Positions 22,201 to 34,140 of a stretch of DNA of 64,000 bases are shown in pieces; within the stretch, counting starts at the first letter, position 1; the number at the start of each line of letters is the position of its first letter. Origin of the DNA: Ranitomeya imitator (lineage: Eukaryota); assembly GCF_032444005.1 (NCBI RefSeq), contig NC_091285.1, positions 411,184,001 through 411,248,000 of the forward strand, written 5' to 3'. The notes beneath the pieces were generated by a model. It made no database searches. It saw nothing but the letters and a program-made list of their open reading frames with translations, and was not told the origin of the DNA. The position numbers and the translations under genes were made by a program.

Positions 22201-25200
22201 AGGGGTTTCCACTGTTTAGGCACATCAGGGGGTCTCCAAACGCAACATGGCGCCACCATTGATTCCAGCCAATCTTGTATTCAAAAAGTCAAATGGTGCT
22301 CCCTCACTTCCGAGCCCCGACGTGTGCCCAAACAGTGGTTTACCCACACATATGGGGTACCAGCATACTCAGGACAAACTGCGCAACAATTACTGGGGTC
22401 CAATTTCTCCTGTTACCCTTGAGAAAATAAAAAATTGCTTGCTAAAACATAATTTTTGAGGAAAGAAAAATGATTTTTTATTTTCACGGCTCTGCGTTGT
22501 AAACGTCTGTGAAGCACTTGGGGGTTCAAAGTGCTCAGCACATATCTAGATAAGTTCCTTGGGGGGTCTAGTTTCCAAAATGGGGTCACTTGTCACTTTG
22601 GGTTTCTACTGTTTAGGCACACCAGGGGCTCTGCAAACGCAACGTGACGTCCGCAGACCATTCCATCAAAGTCTGCATTTCAAAAGTCACTACTTCCCTT
22701 CTGAGCCCCGACGTGTGCCCAAACAGTGGTTTACCCCCACACAAGGGGTATCGGCGTACTCAGGAGAAACTGGACAACAACTTTTGTGGTCCAATTTCTC
22801 CTGTAACCCTTGGGAAAATAAAAAATTCTGGGCTAAAAAATTATTTTTGAGGAGAGAAAACGTATTTATTATTTTCACGGCTCTGTGTTATGAACTTCTG
22901 TGAAGCACTTGGGGGTTGAAAGTGCTCACCACATATCTAGATAATTTCATTTCGGGGTCTAGTTTCCGAAATGGGGTGACTTGTGGGGGGTTTCTACTGT
23001 TTAGTCACATCAGGGGCTCTGCAAACGCAACGTGACGCCCGTAGAGCATTCCATCAAAGTCTGTATTTCAAAACGTCACTACTTCACTTCCAAGCCCCGG
23101 CAAGTGCCCAAATAGTAGTTTACCCCCACATGTGGGGTATCACCGTACTCAGGAGAAACTGGACAACAAATATTGGGGTCAAATTTCTCCTGTTACCCTT
23201 GGGAAAATTAAAAAATTCTGGGCTAAAAAATTATTTTTGAGGAAAGAAAACGTATTTATTATTTTCACTGCTCTGTGTTATGAACTTCTGTGAAGCACTT
23301 GGGGGTTCAAAGTGCTCACCTCACATCTAGATAAGTTCCTTTCGGGGTCTAGTTTCCAAAATGGGGTCACTTGTGGGGGGTTTCTACTGTTTAGCCACAT
23401 CAGGGGCTCTGCAAACGCAACGTGACGCCCGCAGAGCATTCCATCAAAGTCTGCATTTCAAAACGTCACTACTTCACTTCCGAGCCCCAGCATGTGCCTA
23501 AACAGTGGTTTACCCCCACATATGGGGTATCAGCGTACTCAGGAGAAACTGGACAACAACTTTTGGGGTCAAATTTCTCCTGTTACGCTTGGGAAAATAA
23601 AAAATTGCGGGCTAAAAAATTATTTTTGAGAAAAGAATTTTTTTTTATTTTTATTTTCATGGCTCTGCGTTATAAACTTCTGTGAAGCACTTGAGGGTTC
23701 AAAGTGCTCACCACACATATAGATTAGTTCCTTTGGGGGTCTAGTATCCAAAATGGGGTCATTTGTGGGGGATCTCCAATGTTTAGGCACATAGGGGCTC
23801 TCCAAACGCGACATGGTGTCCGCTAATGATTGGAGCTAAATTTCCATTTAAAAAGCCAAATGGCGTGCCTTCCCTTCTGAGCCCTGCCGTGCGCCCAAAC
23901 AGTGGTTTACCCCCACATATGGGGTGTCTGCGTACTCAGGACAAACTGGACAACAACATTTGTGGTCCAATTTCTCCTATTACCATTGGCAAAATAGGAA
24001 ATTCCAGGCTAAAAAATCATTTTTGAGAAAAGAAAAATTATTTTTTATTTTCATGGCTCTGCATTATAAACTTCTGTGAAGCACCTGGGGGTTCAAAGTG
24101 CTCAGTATGCATCTAGATAAGTTCCTTGGGGGGTCTAGTTTCCAAAATGGGGTCACGTGTGGGGGAGCTTCAATGCATAGGCACACAGGGGCTCTCCAAA
24201 TGCGACATGGTGTCCGCTAACAATTGGAGCTAATTTTCCATTCAAAAAGTCAAAAGGGGCGCCTTCCCTTCCGAGCCCTGGCGTGTGCCCAAACAGTGGT
24301 TTACCCCCACATATGAGGTATCGGCGTACTCGGGAGAAATTGCTCAACAAATTTTAGGATCCATTTTATCCTATTGCCCATGTGAAAATAAAAAAATTGA
24401 GGCGAAAAGAAATTTTTTGTGAAAAAAAAGTACTTTTTCATTTTTACGGATCAATTTGTGAAGCACCTGAGGGTTTAAAGTGCTCACTAGGCATCTAGAT
24501 AAGTTCCTTGGGGGGTCCAGTTTCCAAAATGGGGTCACTTGTGGGGGAGCTCCAATGTTTAGGCACACAGGGTCTCTCCAAACGCGACATGGTGTCCGCT
24601 AACGATGGAGATAATTTTTCATTCAAAAAGTCAAATGGCGCTCCTTCCCCTCCGAGCCTTACCATGTGCCCAAACAGTGGTTTACCCCCACATGTGAGGT
24701 ATAGGTGTACTCAGGAGAAATTGCCCAACAAATTTTAGGATCCATTTTATCCTGTTGTCCATCTGAAAATGAAAAAATTGAGGCGAAAATAATTTTTTTG
24801 TGAAAAAAAAGTACTTTTTCATTTTTACAGATCAATTTGTGAAGCACCTGGGGGTTTAAAGGGCTCACTATGCATCTAGATAAGTTCTTTGGGGCGTCTA
24901 GTTTCCAAAATGGGGTCACTTGTGGGGGAGCTCCAATTTTTAGGCACACGGGGGCTCTCCAAACGTGACATGGTGTCCGCTAAAGAGTGCAGCCAATTTT
25001 TCATTCAAAAAGTCAAATGGCGCTCCTTCCCTTCCAAGCCCTGCCGTGCGCCCAAACAGTGGTTTACCCCCACATATGAGGTATCAGCGTACTCAGGACA
25101 AATTGGACAACAACTTTCGTTGTTCAATTTCTCCTTTTACCATTGGGAAAATAAAAAAATTGTTGCTGAAAAATCATTTTTGTGACTAAAAAGTTAAATG

Positions 25201-25250
25201 TTAATTTTTTCCTTCCATGTTGCTTCTGCTGCTGTGAAGCACCTGAAGGG
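22200..25250. repeat. ~381-395 bp tandem repeat, about 8 units
   Basis: Anchor GAAGCAC recurs at 22511, 22902, 23292, 23684, 24078, 24460, 24841 and 25236. Confidence 0.9.
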
Positions 25251-25795
25251 TTAATAAACTTCTTGAATGTGGTTTTGTGCACCTTGAGGGGTGCAGTTTT
25301 TAGAATGGTGTCACTTTTGGGTATTTTCAGCCATATAGACCCCTCAAACTGACTTCAAATGTGAGGTGGTCCCTAAAAAATTTTGTTGTAAAAATGAGAA
25401 ATCGCTGGTCAAATTTTAACCCTTATAACTTCCTAGCAAAAAAAAATTTTGTTTCCAAAATTGTGCTGATGTAAAGTGGACGTGTGGGAAATGTTATTTA
25501 TTAACTATTTTGTGTCACATAACTCTCTGGTTTAACAGAATAAAATTTCAAAGTGTGAAAATTGCGAAATTTTCAAAATTTTTGCCAAATTTCCGTTTTT
25601 ATCACAAATAAACGCAGAATTTATTGACCTAAATTTACCACTAACATGAAGCCCAATATGTCATGAAAAAACAGTCTCAGAACCGCTAGGATCCATTGAA
25701 GCGTTCCTGAGTTATTACCTCATAAAGGGACACTGGTCAGAATTGCAAAAAACGGCAAGGTCTTTAAGGTCAAAATAGGCTGGGTCATGAAGGGG

Positions 25796-26313
25796 TTAAA
25801 AGAGGTCTGGATACACATGATGAGAGCATTATACTGCCTCTGTACAAATCCCTAGTTAGACCGCACATGGAGTACTGTGTCCAGTTTTGTGCACCGGTGC
25901 TCAGGAAGGATATAATAGAACTAGAGAGAGTACAAAGGAGGGCAACAAAATTAATAAAGGGGATGGGAGAACTACAATACCCAGATAGATTAGCGAAATT
26001 AGGATTATTTAGTCTAGAAAAAAGATGATTGAGGGGCGATCTAATAACCATGTATAAGTATATAAGGGGACAATACAAATATCTCGCTGAGGATCTGTTT
26101 ATACCAAGGAAGGTGACGGGCACAAGGGGGCATTCTTTGCGTCTGGAGGAAAGAAGGTTTTTCCACCAACATAGAAGAGGATTCTTTACTGTTAGGGCAG
26201 TGAGAATCTGGAATTGCTTGCCTGAGGAGGTGGTGATGGCGAACTCAGTCGAGGGGTTCAAGAGAGGCCTGGATGTCTTCCTGGAGCAGAACAATATTGT
26301 ATCATACAATTAG
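25796..26313 (+). pseudogene. CR1 ORF2 C-terminal fragment
   Basis: [69 protein letters not shown]; one internal stop. Confidence 0.9.
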
Positions 26314-26410
26314 GTTCTGTAGAAGGACGTAGATCTGGGGATTTATTATGATGGAATATAGGCTGAACTGGATGGACAAATGTCTTTTTTCGGCCTTACT
26401 ATGTTACTAT

Positions 26411-27816
26411 GAGTATTCTCATTTGTTGGACCAACATCTGATTTAACCAATTTGTCCTTCAAGTTACATCCTCTTTTGTAGGACAAAAGCAGAGGACGGG
26501 TAAACTCATCAATACCAGGCAATCCTTGCTGTAAAATATGCCAATGCTTTAATATAATATTTCTCATCAATCCACTAGCCGTATTATAGGTGGACACAAA
26601 AGGGATATGTTTTTCTCTTATCCTAATATTCTTTCTTCTCACATCAAGTCTCGATGTCTCCCTTGCCCTTTCTTCTGTTCCTTGACGCTAGCATAAGGAT
26701 AGCCTCTATCAAGAAATTTATTGCACATCTCTTGAAAGTCTAGTGTCTAAGAGTGAGTAAATCATCCGTGATGATCTTACGCACTCTGAGCATCTGGCTC
26801 CAGGGCAAAGATTCAACCATCTTTTTTGGATGGTGACTGTTAAATTGAAGCAGGCTATTCCTATCCATGCTTTTCACAAAAAGGTCAGTTTTCAAAGTAG
26901 ACCCATCCTTATATACCATCGTGTCCAAAAATTGGACACGTTCACTAGAGTATACCACTGTGATGTCAAGTTCTGGATAAATATTGTTCAATTCATGATG
27001 GAACTCTAAAAGCTCCCCAAGCTGTCCCTCCCACACTACAAATATATCGTCAATGTAGTGCCACCAAGCCCGGACATTTGGCCAGAACCGGGAGACATAC
27101 ACGTGCTGGTTCTCGAGTACCGCCATGTAGATGTTAGCATAAGTGCGGGCCACATTGGACCCCATAGCGGTACCCCTCAGCTGCAGGTAGTAATAATTCC
27201 TTCTGAGGATGAACTCCAACAGTTGGAGGACCAGACGTGCATACCCCGGACCCACATCCGAGCTCGATAGCACCACATCAACAGCCGCCAATACCTTCTC
27301 ATGTTCTATAGAAGTATACAGGGAGACTATGTCGAAGGACACCAAAACAGTATCAGCCGTTACCTTTAAATTCTCAATTTTGTCCAAAAAATTATCAGTG
27401 TCACGGACATATGACCTAGCCCTAGAGGCGAACTGGGACAACACTTTGTCCAAAAAAATCGCTGCCTGGCTAAAGATAGAGCCCCTGCCCGAAACAATCG
27501 GGCGGCCCGGAGGATTCAAATAGTCCTTGTGTACTTTGGGCAAGACATATATCAATGGCTTAACAGGGCAATCTGTCACCAAATAATCAGACAGCTTAGA
27601 GTCAATCAGGCCCTCAGTCAAGGCCTCACTGACTATAAGCTGTAGTTCCTTCAGGAAACGCACAGTAGGGTCCCCAGTCAACTTACAATAGACACCATTA
27701 TCCGCCAGCTGGCGTGATATCTCGGCTTTATATTTTACTGTGTCCATCACAACCACCGCCCCACCTTTATCGGCGGCTTTTATTGTAATTGATGTATTGT
27801 TGGACAAATTAATCAA
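26411..27816 (-). pseudogene. PLE reverse transcriptase
   Basis: IKAADKGGAVVV, KVHK..PPGRPIVSG, LVSFDIVSLYTSI, QLRGTAMGSNVA, HYIDDIF; disrupted near 26740. Confidence 0.9.
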
Positions 27817-28954
27817 AGCTCTTTTTTGTCAATAGTGAGGTTATGTTGACTACGATTCCTGTATGTCTTCCAAAGCATATCAAACTCTCTTTCCACCAAC
27901 TGAATATATGCTTCAACAATATGATTTTTAATTGGGGGCTGGAAATCACTTTTACCGTACAGTCCGACACCCTGTAAAGAAAACACCTCATCGTCCACAT
28001 CCCCAGTCTGTCTCATAGCTTCTTGTCTTTTATCTGAAAAAAAAAGTAGTTAGACGACATCTCCTGAAAAACGAAAATAAATCAGTCTCAAGTTCGAACC
28101 AATCAGGTAAGTTTGTAGGGCAAAAAGACAGGCCTCTCTCTAAAATGTTCAATTCAATTGCAGACAACTCGACTGAAGAGATGTTAACTACCAAGGTCTT
28201 CTCACTCAGTTGTTGGCCCTCCGTTTCTCCTCTCCATTCCTCAGTTTCGTTACAGTATTGCGTGTTATCCTCTGTCCTTGTGTTGTTTTTGTTCCTCTTG
28301 TGCTTCCTGCCACCCCTCCGATATTTCCTCCTGAAGCAATATCCACCGTCGTTTCCTTCTCTAAAAAATGTGTAGAGGTTGAGGCTCCCATGTTGGAATC
28401 ATCCGTAGAGTCGGAGTCACTAGTGGTGAAACCAAACTGTTGTTTACCATCTGGGGCTCTTTTTCGTCTACGTGTTTGAAAAGTCTTGTTACTTCTATTA
28501 AAGGAGGATTGTTTCCCCATATGCCATGGGAAAACACGACCGTTCTTATAGTCCTCATTATCATGGAACCACTTGGTTCGCTTCGTGTTCGAAAGATTCA
28601 CATTCAACCGAGTCATGTATGTACTCATGTCAGGTGCTGTCAATTGTGTGGTAAGCTGTTGTTCACATTCACCAATATTCTTTTTGAGAGTCTCAATTTC
28701 TCTACTTAGAAACTCAATGTTCAAAAGCATCAGATCAAAACAGTATTTGTTCGTTATACATTCAAATTTCGCACAAAATAAGGTATTCTCTGCCATTAAC
28801 GTGGGCCGGAGGTGAGGACGAAGCCCTCATGGTATCCTATGCACCTTATAATACTCTGTCAGGGTGGAAACATGTAGCTCCAACGAAATCAACCTCCTTT
28901 TTTTGTTCTCATATTTCCTTTTCAACATGTCACTTGAGGGAACACTCAGGACAG

Positions 28955-29573
28955 TGTGAGGCAGTGACCGGTGTCATATGCGAGGGTCGCTATGTGTCCC
29001 CCAGGATGTGCTTAGAAGCATATTAGATCCGCTGGAGTGCCCTGTGCTCACAGCAGGTTGCCTGTGAGACACAGGGAAGAATAAAAGTAAGTGTGAACTG
29101 GGTCAAGTTATTTATCCGAATTTATTCAGGAAAACCTGGTATGGGCTTTTATTTTGAAACGGACTGCAGGATGGTAGTGGGGCCGGTCTGTTTCCTCCAG
29201 CCCAGATCTTATAGTGGCCCATGGCCATAGAATCTGGAGGATAGAAAAAAAAACCCCAGCAAGAGAGTTTGGGTGTGTCAGTCTGATCTGGGAGTCAGAC
29301 CTTGCAGGAGGCTTGTGCAAAGCTCCTTCCGTGTGGAGAAACACGGGCCAGGCAGAGCCTGAAAAGCCAGACACCCCAGCGTACACGGGGGTGTAATACG
29401 CTCACGGCAGCGGACTATGGACTGTTGTTATTTTTTTTCCCGGCTGCATACTGAAGGACTTGTTTGCTTTCTTTTCCGGTTTGTGAGTATGCTGTGTAAT
29501 AAACAAGACTTTGTTTGAACTTTATATGGGTCACTGCCTATTCACTGCACAGCAAGGACATCGCTACATCACA
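28955..29573 (+). repeat. 5' LTR (~620 bp)
   Basis: Ends ..ATCACA just before the PBS; TG start placed where PLE coding similarity stops (less certain); AATAAA near 29498. Confidence 0.7.
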
Positions 29574-29575
29574 TT

Positions 29576-29593
29576 TGGTGGAGAATGCGGGCA
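29576..29593 (+). other. Primer-binding site complementary to the tRNA-Ala 3' end
   Basis: TGGTGGAGAATGCGGGCA, 18 nt, 2 nt after the LTR end. Confidence 0.8.
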
Positions 29594-29626
29594 GTGTGAA
29601 TTAAGGCATACCCCAACGCCATTTGC

Positions 29627-32600
29627 ATGTCTGTTATTAAGCCTGCTACATTGCAACTCAGGCCTACAGACAAAATGGAGGCGATCCTGAGGCAGCTAGT
29701 CCTCACACAGCAACAACGGCAACAAACTAATAATCTGTTGCTGCAGCAAATTACAGCCCTGCGAGAGGCACCTCCAGCACCGACCCCGGAACGTCGCGAT
29801 GCCCGTGACAAGGTCCGCTCTGCTTTGAGGAAATTGAGTCCGGAAGATGACATGGAAGCTTTCCTCACCATCTATGAGCGCACGGCAGAACGGGAGAATC
29901 TGCCAGCAGCACAGTGGGCTGAAGTTGTGGCTCCGTTCTTGAGGGGTGATGCGCTAAAGGCCTACTTTGACCTCAGTCGGGAGGATGCCCAGGACTATTC
30001 CAAGTTAAAAGGTGAGATCCTTGCCCGACTGGGGGTTAATACTTATGTGAGAGCTCAACGGGTGTTTTCTTGGACTTTTGTGGAAGCCCAGCCTGCCCGG
30101 TCTCAGATTTTTGACTTATTGCAGCTTGTGAAATGGTGGCTCCAACCTGAGACTTTATCCACAAGTCAGATAGTGGAGAGGGTGGTGGTCGACCGACTGG
30201 TGAGGGCTCTGCCAGCGGCCATTCAGCGTTGGGTGGGTCAAGGGGACCCGGGTACCCTAGACCAGGTTGTAGGCCTGGTAGAGCGATATAAGGCCACCCA
30301 GGACTTTATACGGGACACTGCTCCGCTTCGGCTGTCACGTAAGGCTCCGCCAGCTCAGGAGTCTGAGAAAAGTCCACGGCCCTCCACTGTGACAAGACTG
30401 GACCGAGTCCGTGCTGAGGGGTTGTCTCGGAAAGAGAGTGACCACAGACCTGTGTCCCCTAAACTGGCTCCAAGGTTACCTCATGCCACAGTCGTTACGT
30501 GTTGGCGGTGCCAAGAACCTGGACATGTGGTTGCTAATTGTCCCCTAACAACAGAACCCATGGACTGCGGGTATACCCGCCGCGTGTTTATGTATGCCCA
30601 GCCAGTCTGCATTGCCACTACAGACCCTGCCGGTACCGAACCTCAGCTGTGCAGAGTGCTCGTTAATGGGTACCAGACGGATGCTCTCTTGGACTCGGGG
30701 AGCTTGGTGACCCTGGTACACGGGTTCTTGGTTGCTGGGGACAGTCCTATTGGACGGAAAGTGGGGGTAGTGTGCATACATGGGGACCTCCGAGAGTACC
30801 CGACTGCGGAGGTCACGTTCTCCACCCCATGTGGAGAGATAAAACATGTGGTGGGAGTGGTAAAAACTCTTCCGTATGGGACTGTGATGGGTAGAGACTT
30901 ACCGTTGTTCTGGTCCCTCTGGGAGACCAGAGTTAACCCTCTCAGGGTAAAAAGCATTCCGGGTGCAGAACCCGAAGATCCCGAGTCAGGGATACCTGCC
31001 ATAGGGGTCGCCACGATAGGGACAGTGTGTAATCCCGATAGGTTTCCCCTAGAGGTATTGGCAGGGGAAGTGGAAGAGAATCCACCAATTCATGAGCTGC
31101 AGGTGTCACCTGGTAAGTTTGGGACTGCCCAGCTCCAGGATCCCACTCTGACCCGGGCAAGGGAAAGAGTAATCGAGGTAAATGGGGTGGCACAACAACC
31201 TGGTGCAGAAAAGGAGTTTCCCCGGATGGCGGTCATCCAGGAGTTACTGTACAGGGTTGATAAAATCCGGGATGAGGTGGTAGAACAACTGGTAGTGCCC
31301 CAACCCTATCGTCGGGCGGTGCTCGACATGGCTCACACTAACATGTTGGGGGGGCACTTGGGGGCCAAAAAGACGTTAGAGCGCATATTACAGAGGTTCT
31401 TTTGGCCTGGTGTCTACGCTGAGGTTACAAAGTACTGTGACACATGTCCTGAGTGTCAACTAACCTCACCCACCACGAACTACCGGAGTCCGTTAGTACC
31501 TCTGCCCATCATAGAAGTACCCTTTGAGCGGATAGCGATGGATCTGGTGGGACCAATAGTAAAATCCGCCCGGGGCCATCAGCACATATTAGTAGTCGTA
31601 GACTACGCCACCCGGTATCCAGAGGCGATACCGCTTCGGCACACTTCGGCTAAACTAATAGCCCGTGAACTGTTTGCCATGTTTTGTCATCTTGGGCTTC
31701 CCAAGGAGATCCTTACAGATCAGGGAACCCCTTTTATGTCTAAAGTGACTAGGGAGCTATGTAAATTGCTCCAAATTAAACAGTTGCGTACGTCAGTGTA
31801 CCATCCACAAACCGATGGGTTGGTCGAGAGGTTTAATAAGACCCTCAAGGCCATGCTCAAAAAGGTGGTCGCCAAGGATGGGAAGGATTGGGATATGTTG
31901 TTGCCATATTTAATGTTCGCCATACGCGAGGTATCGCAGGCGTCCACGGGGTTCTCCCCATTTGAGCTATTGTATGGCAGGCACCCGAGGGGGCTGCTGG
32001 ATGTAGCCAAAGAGACGTGGGAACAGGAGCCCACTCCACATAAGAGTGTTATCGAGTATGTGGCAAGTATGCAGGATCGGATTGCAGTCGTGCAACCCAT
32101 CGTAAAGGAGCATCTGTTGGATGCCCAGGCCGCTCAGAGCCGTACCTATAATAAAAGGGCCACGGTCAGGTCCTTTAAAGAAGGAGACCGGGTGTTGGTA
32201 CTAGTGCCCACCCCAGAGAGTAAACTCATGGCCAAGTGGCAAGAGCCGTATGAGATACGGGGAAAGGTGGGGGAAGTGAATTACAAAGTGTACCAACCCG
32301 GGAAAAGAAAACCCGAGCAGTTGTACCATGTAAACCTGCTAAAGGCCTGGAAGGACCGAGAATGTTTGGTCACAGATGCAACTACGGTCATACAATCGGA
32401 GGTCCCTCTGGCCCTGGCCAAGGACACAGCCAGGTGTGAGGTAAAGGTCAATGATGCCCTCACAAAACAGCAGCGGCGGGAGGCTCGAGCTTTGGTACAG
32501 CAGAATATGGATGTATTCTCAGAGCTGCCGGGGCGAACCTCAGTGATTCAGCATGACATTGTCACTGAGCCCCGGGTAAAGGTGCGGATGAAACCGTACC

Positions 32601-33007
32601 GAGTGCCAGAAGCCCGAAGGCAAGCCATCGCGGCCGAGGTAAAGCAGATGCTTCAGTTGGGAGTCATTGAGGAGTCCCGAAGTGAGTGGGCTAGCCCCAT
32701 TGTGCTAATACCAAAACCTGATGGGTCATTACGCTTCTGTTTCACCGATCTCTCCCCACCGGAAAGACTGATGCGCCTCAGCGACATGGCGCCTGGCCCG
32801 AGAGCCCCCAAGGAGGAGGAAGCGGACCCGTCCCCAGGATCAGCGCTACACTGGGGCTGGCTGAGGGACCCCCCATCACAGGTATCGACCGCAAACTTCT
32901 TGCGGCGGGAAGGGAAAGGCTGGGCCCCTCAATCCTCACCATCTGCACAGCACCGTCCGAGGACATGCTCGCCGTTCCTATCTCCAGTGGGACAGGAAAA
33001 ACACTAG
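29627..33007 (+). CDS. gag-pol polyprotein (SCAN-like capsid, CCHC knuckle, protease, integrase, start of RT); last ~90 aa are read-through into foreign DNA
   Basis: WLQPE..QIVERVVVDRLVRALP..QRWV; CWRCQEPGHVVANC; LLDSGS; H-H-CC zinc finger, MDLVGP, LTDQG, LVERFN; then PYRVP..WASPIVLIPKPDGSLRFC. Confidence 0.9.
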   Translation: MSVIKPATLQLRPTDKMEAILRQLVLTQQQRQQTNNLLLQQITALREAPPAPTPERRDARDKVRSALRKLSPEDDMEAFLTIYERTAERENLPAAQWAEVVAPFLRGDALKAYFDLSREDAQDYSKLKGEILARLGVNTYVRAQRVFSWTFVEAQPARSQIFDLLQLVKWWLQPETLSTSQIVERVVVDRLVRALPAAIQRWVGQGDPGTLDQVVGLVERYKATQDFIRDTAPLRLSRKAPPAQESEKSPRPSTVTRLDRVRAEGLSRKESDHRPVSPKLAPRLPHATVVTCWRCQEPGHVVANCPLTTEPMDCGYTRRVFMYAQPVCIATTDPAGTEPQLCRVLVNGYQTDALLDSGSLVTLVHGFLVAGDSPIGRKVGVVCIHGDLREYPTAEVTFSTPCGEIKHVVGVVKTLPYGTVMGRDLPLFWSLWETRVNPLRVKSIPGAEPEDPESGIPAIGVATIGTVCNPDRFPLEVLAGEVEENPPIHELQVSPGKFGTAQLQDPTLTRARERVIEVNGVAQQPGAEKEFPRMAVIQELLYRVDKIRDEVVEQLVVPQPYRRAVLDMAHTNMLGGHLGAKKTLERILQRFFWPGVYAEVTKYCDTCPECQLTSPTTNYRSPLVPLPIIEVPFERIAMDLVGPIVKSARGHQHILVVVDYATRYPEAIPLRHTSAKLIARELFAMFCHLGLPKEILTDQGTPFMSKVTRELCKLLQIKQLRTSVYHPQTDGLVERFNKTLKAMLKKVVAKDGKDWDMLLPYLMFAIREVSQASTGFSPFELLYGRHPRGLLDVAKETWEQEPTPHKSVIEYVASMQDRIAVVQPIVKEHLLDAQAAQSRTYNKRATVRSFKEGDRVLVLVPTPESKLMAKWQEPYEIRGKVGEVNYKVYQPGKRKPEQLYHVNLLKAWKDRECLVTDATTVIQSEVPLALAKDTARCEVKVNDALTKQQRREARALVQQNMDVFSELPGRTSVIQHDIVTEPRVKVRMKPYRVPEARRQAIAAEVKQMLQLGVIEESRSEWASPIVLIPKPDGSLRFCFTDLSPPERLMRLSDMAPGPRAPKEEEADPSPGSALHWGWLRDPPSQVSTANFLRREGKGWAPQSSPSAQHRPRTCSPFLSPVGQEKH

Positions 33008-33217
33008 TGGGTGGTAAGGGGAGGGTCTTTTTAACCGCTCGTTGTTCCTGTCCCACTGAGGGTAAGAAGGACGTCCTTTATGGTGCTGTCAGGTGGTGAA
33101 CTGGAAAATGGTCCTATATTGGTTGGACGAACAGTTGTTTGTCACTGAGTAAAAACCCATCTCTGACTATATTGGCCGCACTGGATTTTTCTGGCCAATG
33201 ATATAGCTGATGCTTAT

Positions 33218-34140
33218 GGCTAGTTTCACATTTGCGTTAAAAATGCAGCATTTAAAACGCATCCGCAGGTGGTAAAAAAAAAACGCATGTAAACGCGTTA
33301 AAACACTGCGTTTTTTAGACGCATGCATTTTCGTATGCGGTAAAAAAATGCCGCGTTTTACGTGCTAACATGCGTTTTTCCTGCGTTTGCGTTTTTGATA
33401 CGCATGATGAGAAATTTCACAAGAGAAAAATCAAGATCCAGACACCGCCAATGGGACTACAGAGGGCGTGTGACATGACTCTGTGGACCAAAATATGGAC
33501 AAATTGTAGCTCTCAAAATGTGGTAACGCAAAAAATATTTTTTGGAATAAAAAGCGTCTTTAGTGTGTGACAGCTGCCAATCATAAAAATCAACTAGAAA
33601 ACCCACTATAAATAGAAATGTCTAGGGTTAGGGTTTGGATCCCTAGGGTTAGGGTTAGGATCCCTAGGGTTAGGGTTTGGATCTCTAGGGTTAGGGTTAG
33701 GATCCCTAGGGTTAGGGGTTAGGGCTAGGGTTTGGATCCCTAGGGTTAGGGTTTGGATCCCTAGAGTTAGGGTTTGGATTAGGGTTTGGATCCCTTTATC
33801 ACCATGATGGTGGGGGGTGGCTTATCAGTGTGTAGACTTGTTTTTTTCTATTGAAACGCATGCGTTTAAAAACGCAACCAAACGCATGTGCTTAAAAACG
33901 CATGTGTTTACATAGACAGCAATACGTTTTTTTGCGGCAAAAAAACACCTCTAGAAATTACTACATGTTGCATTTCCGCAAAAAAATGCAAGCATATAGA
34001 CGACGCATGCGTCGTCAAACGCGGCCAAACAGATACAAAAAAAACCGCATGCATTTTTAATGTTAAATATAGGAAAAAAAAACGCATGCGTTTATATGCG
34101 TTTAAACGCAGCGGCAAAAAACGCAAATGTGAAACCAGCC
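33218..34140. mobile_element. Harbinger-type MITE with an internal TTAGGG-derived repeat
   Basis: TAT|GGCTAGTTTCACATTTGCG ... CGCAAATGTGAAACCAGCC|TAT; repeat CTAGGGTTAGGGTTTGGATCC at ~33625-33795. Confidence 0.85.

Larger units (their letters stand above)
21174..25795. mobile_element. piggyBac-like non-autonomous element (left end deleted) carrying TTAGGG tracts and a ~390-bp repeat array
   Basis: Right end GGTCATGAAGGGG|TTAA at 25795; internal order (TTAGGG tract, then GGGGTTTCCA..) matches the left-end copy at 62379-64000. Confidence 0.75.
19279..26410 (+). mobile_element. 5'-truncated CR1 LINE, split and partly deleted
   Basis: ORF2 EN-RT at 19330-21173, C-terminus at 25796-26313, 3' tail (TTACTATG)2 ending ~26410. 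Confidence 0.95.
16790..28954 (-). mobile_element. Penelope-like retroelement (PLE), interrupted by CR1 and cut at its 5' side by a Gypsy LTR
   Basis: N-terminal region 28206-28950, RT 26740-27816, linker 26411-26642, GIY-YIG 18887-19278 and a downstream hammerhead motif are all collinear on the minus strand. The 3' limit is approximate. Confidence 0.85.
28955..32740 (+). mobile_element. Gmr1-type Ty3/Gypsy LTR retrotransposon, 3' truncated
   Basis: 5' LTR, PBS, and a single gag-pol ORF in PR-IN-RT order; no RNaseH or 3' LTR. Confidence 0.9.
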
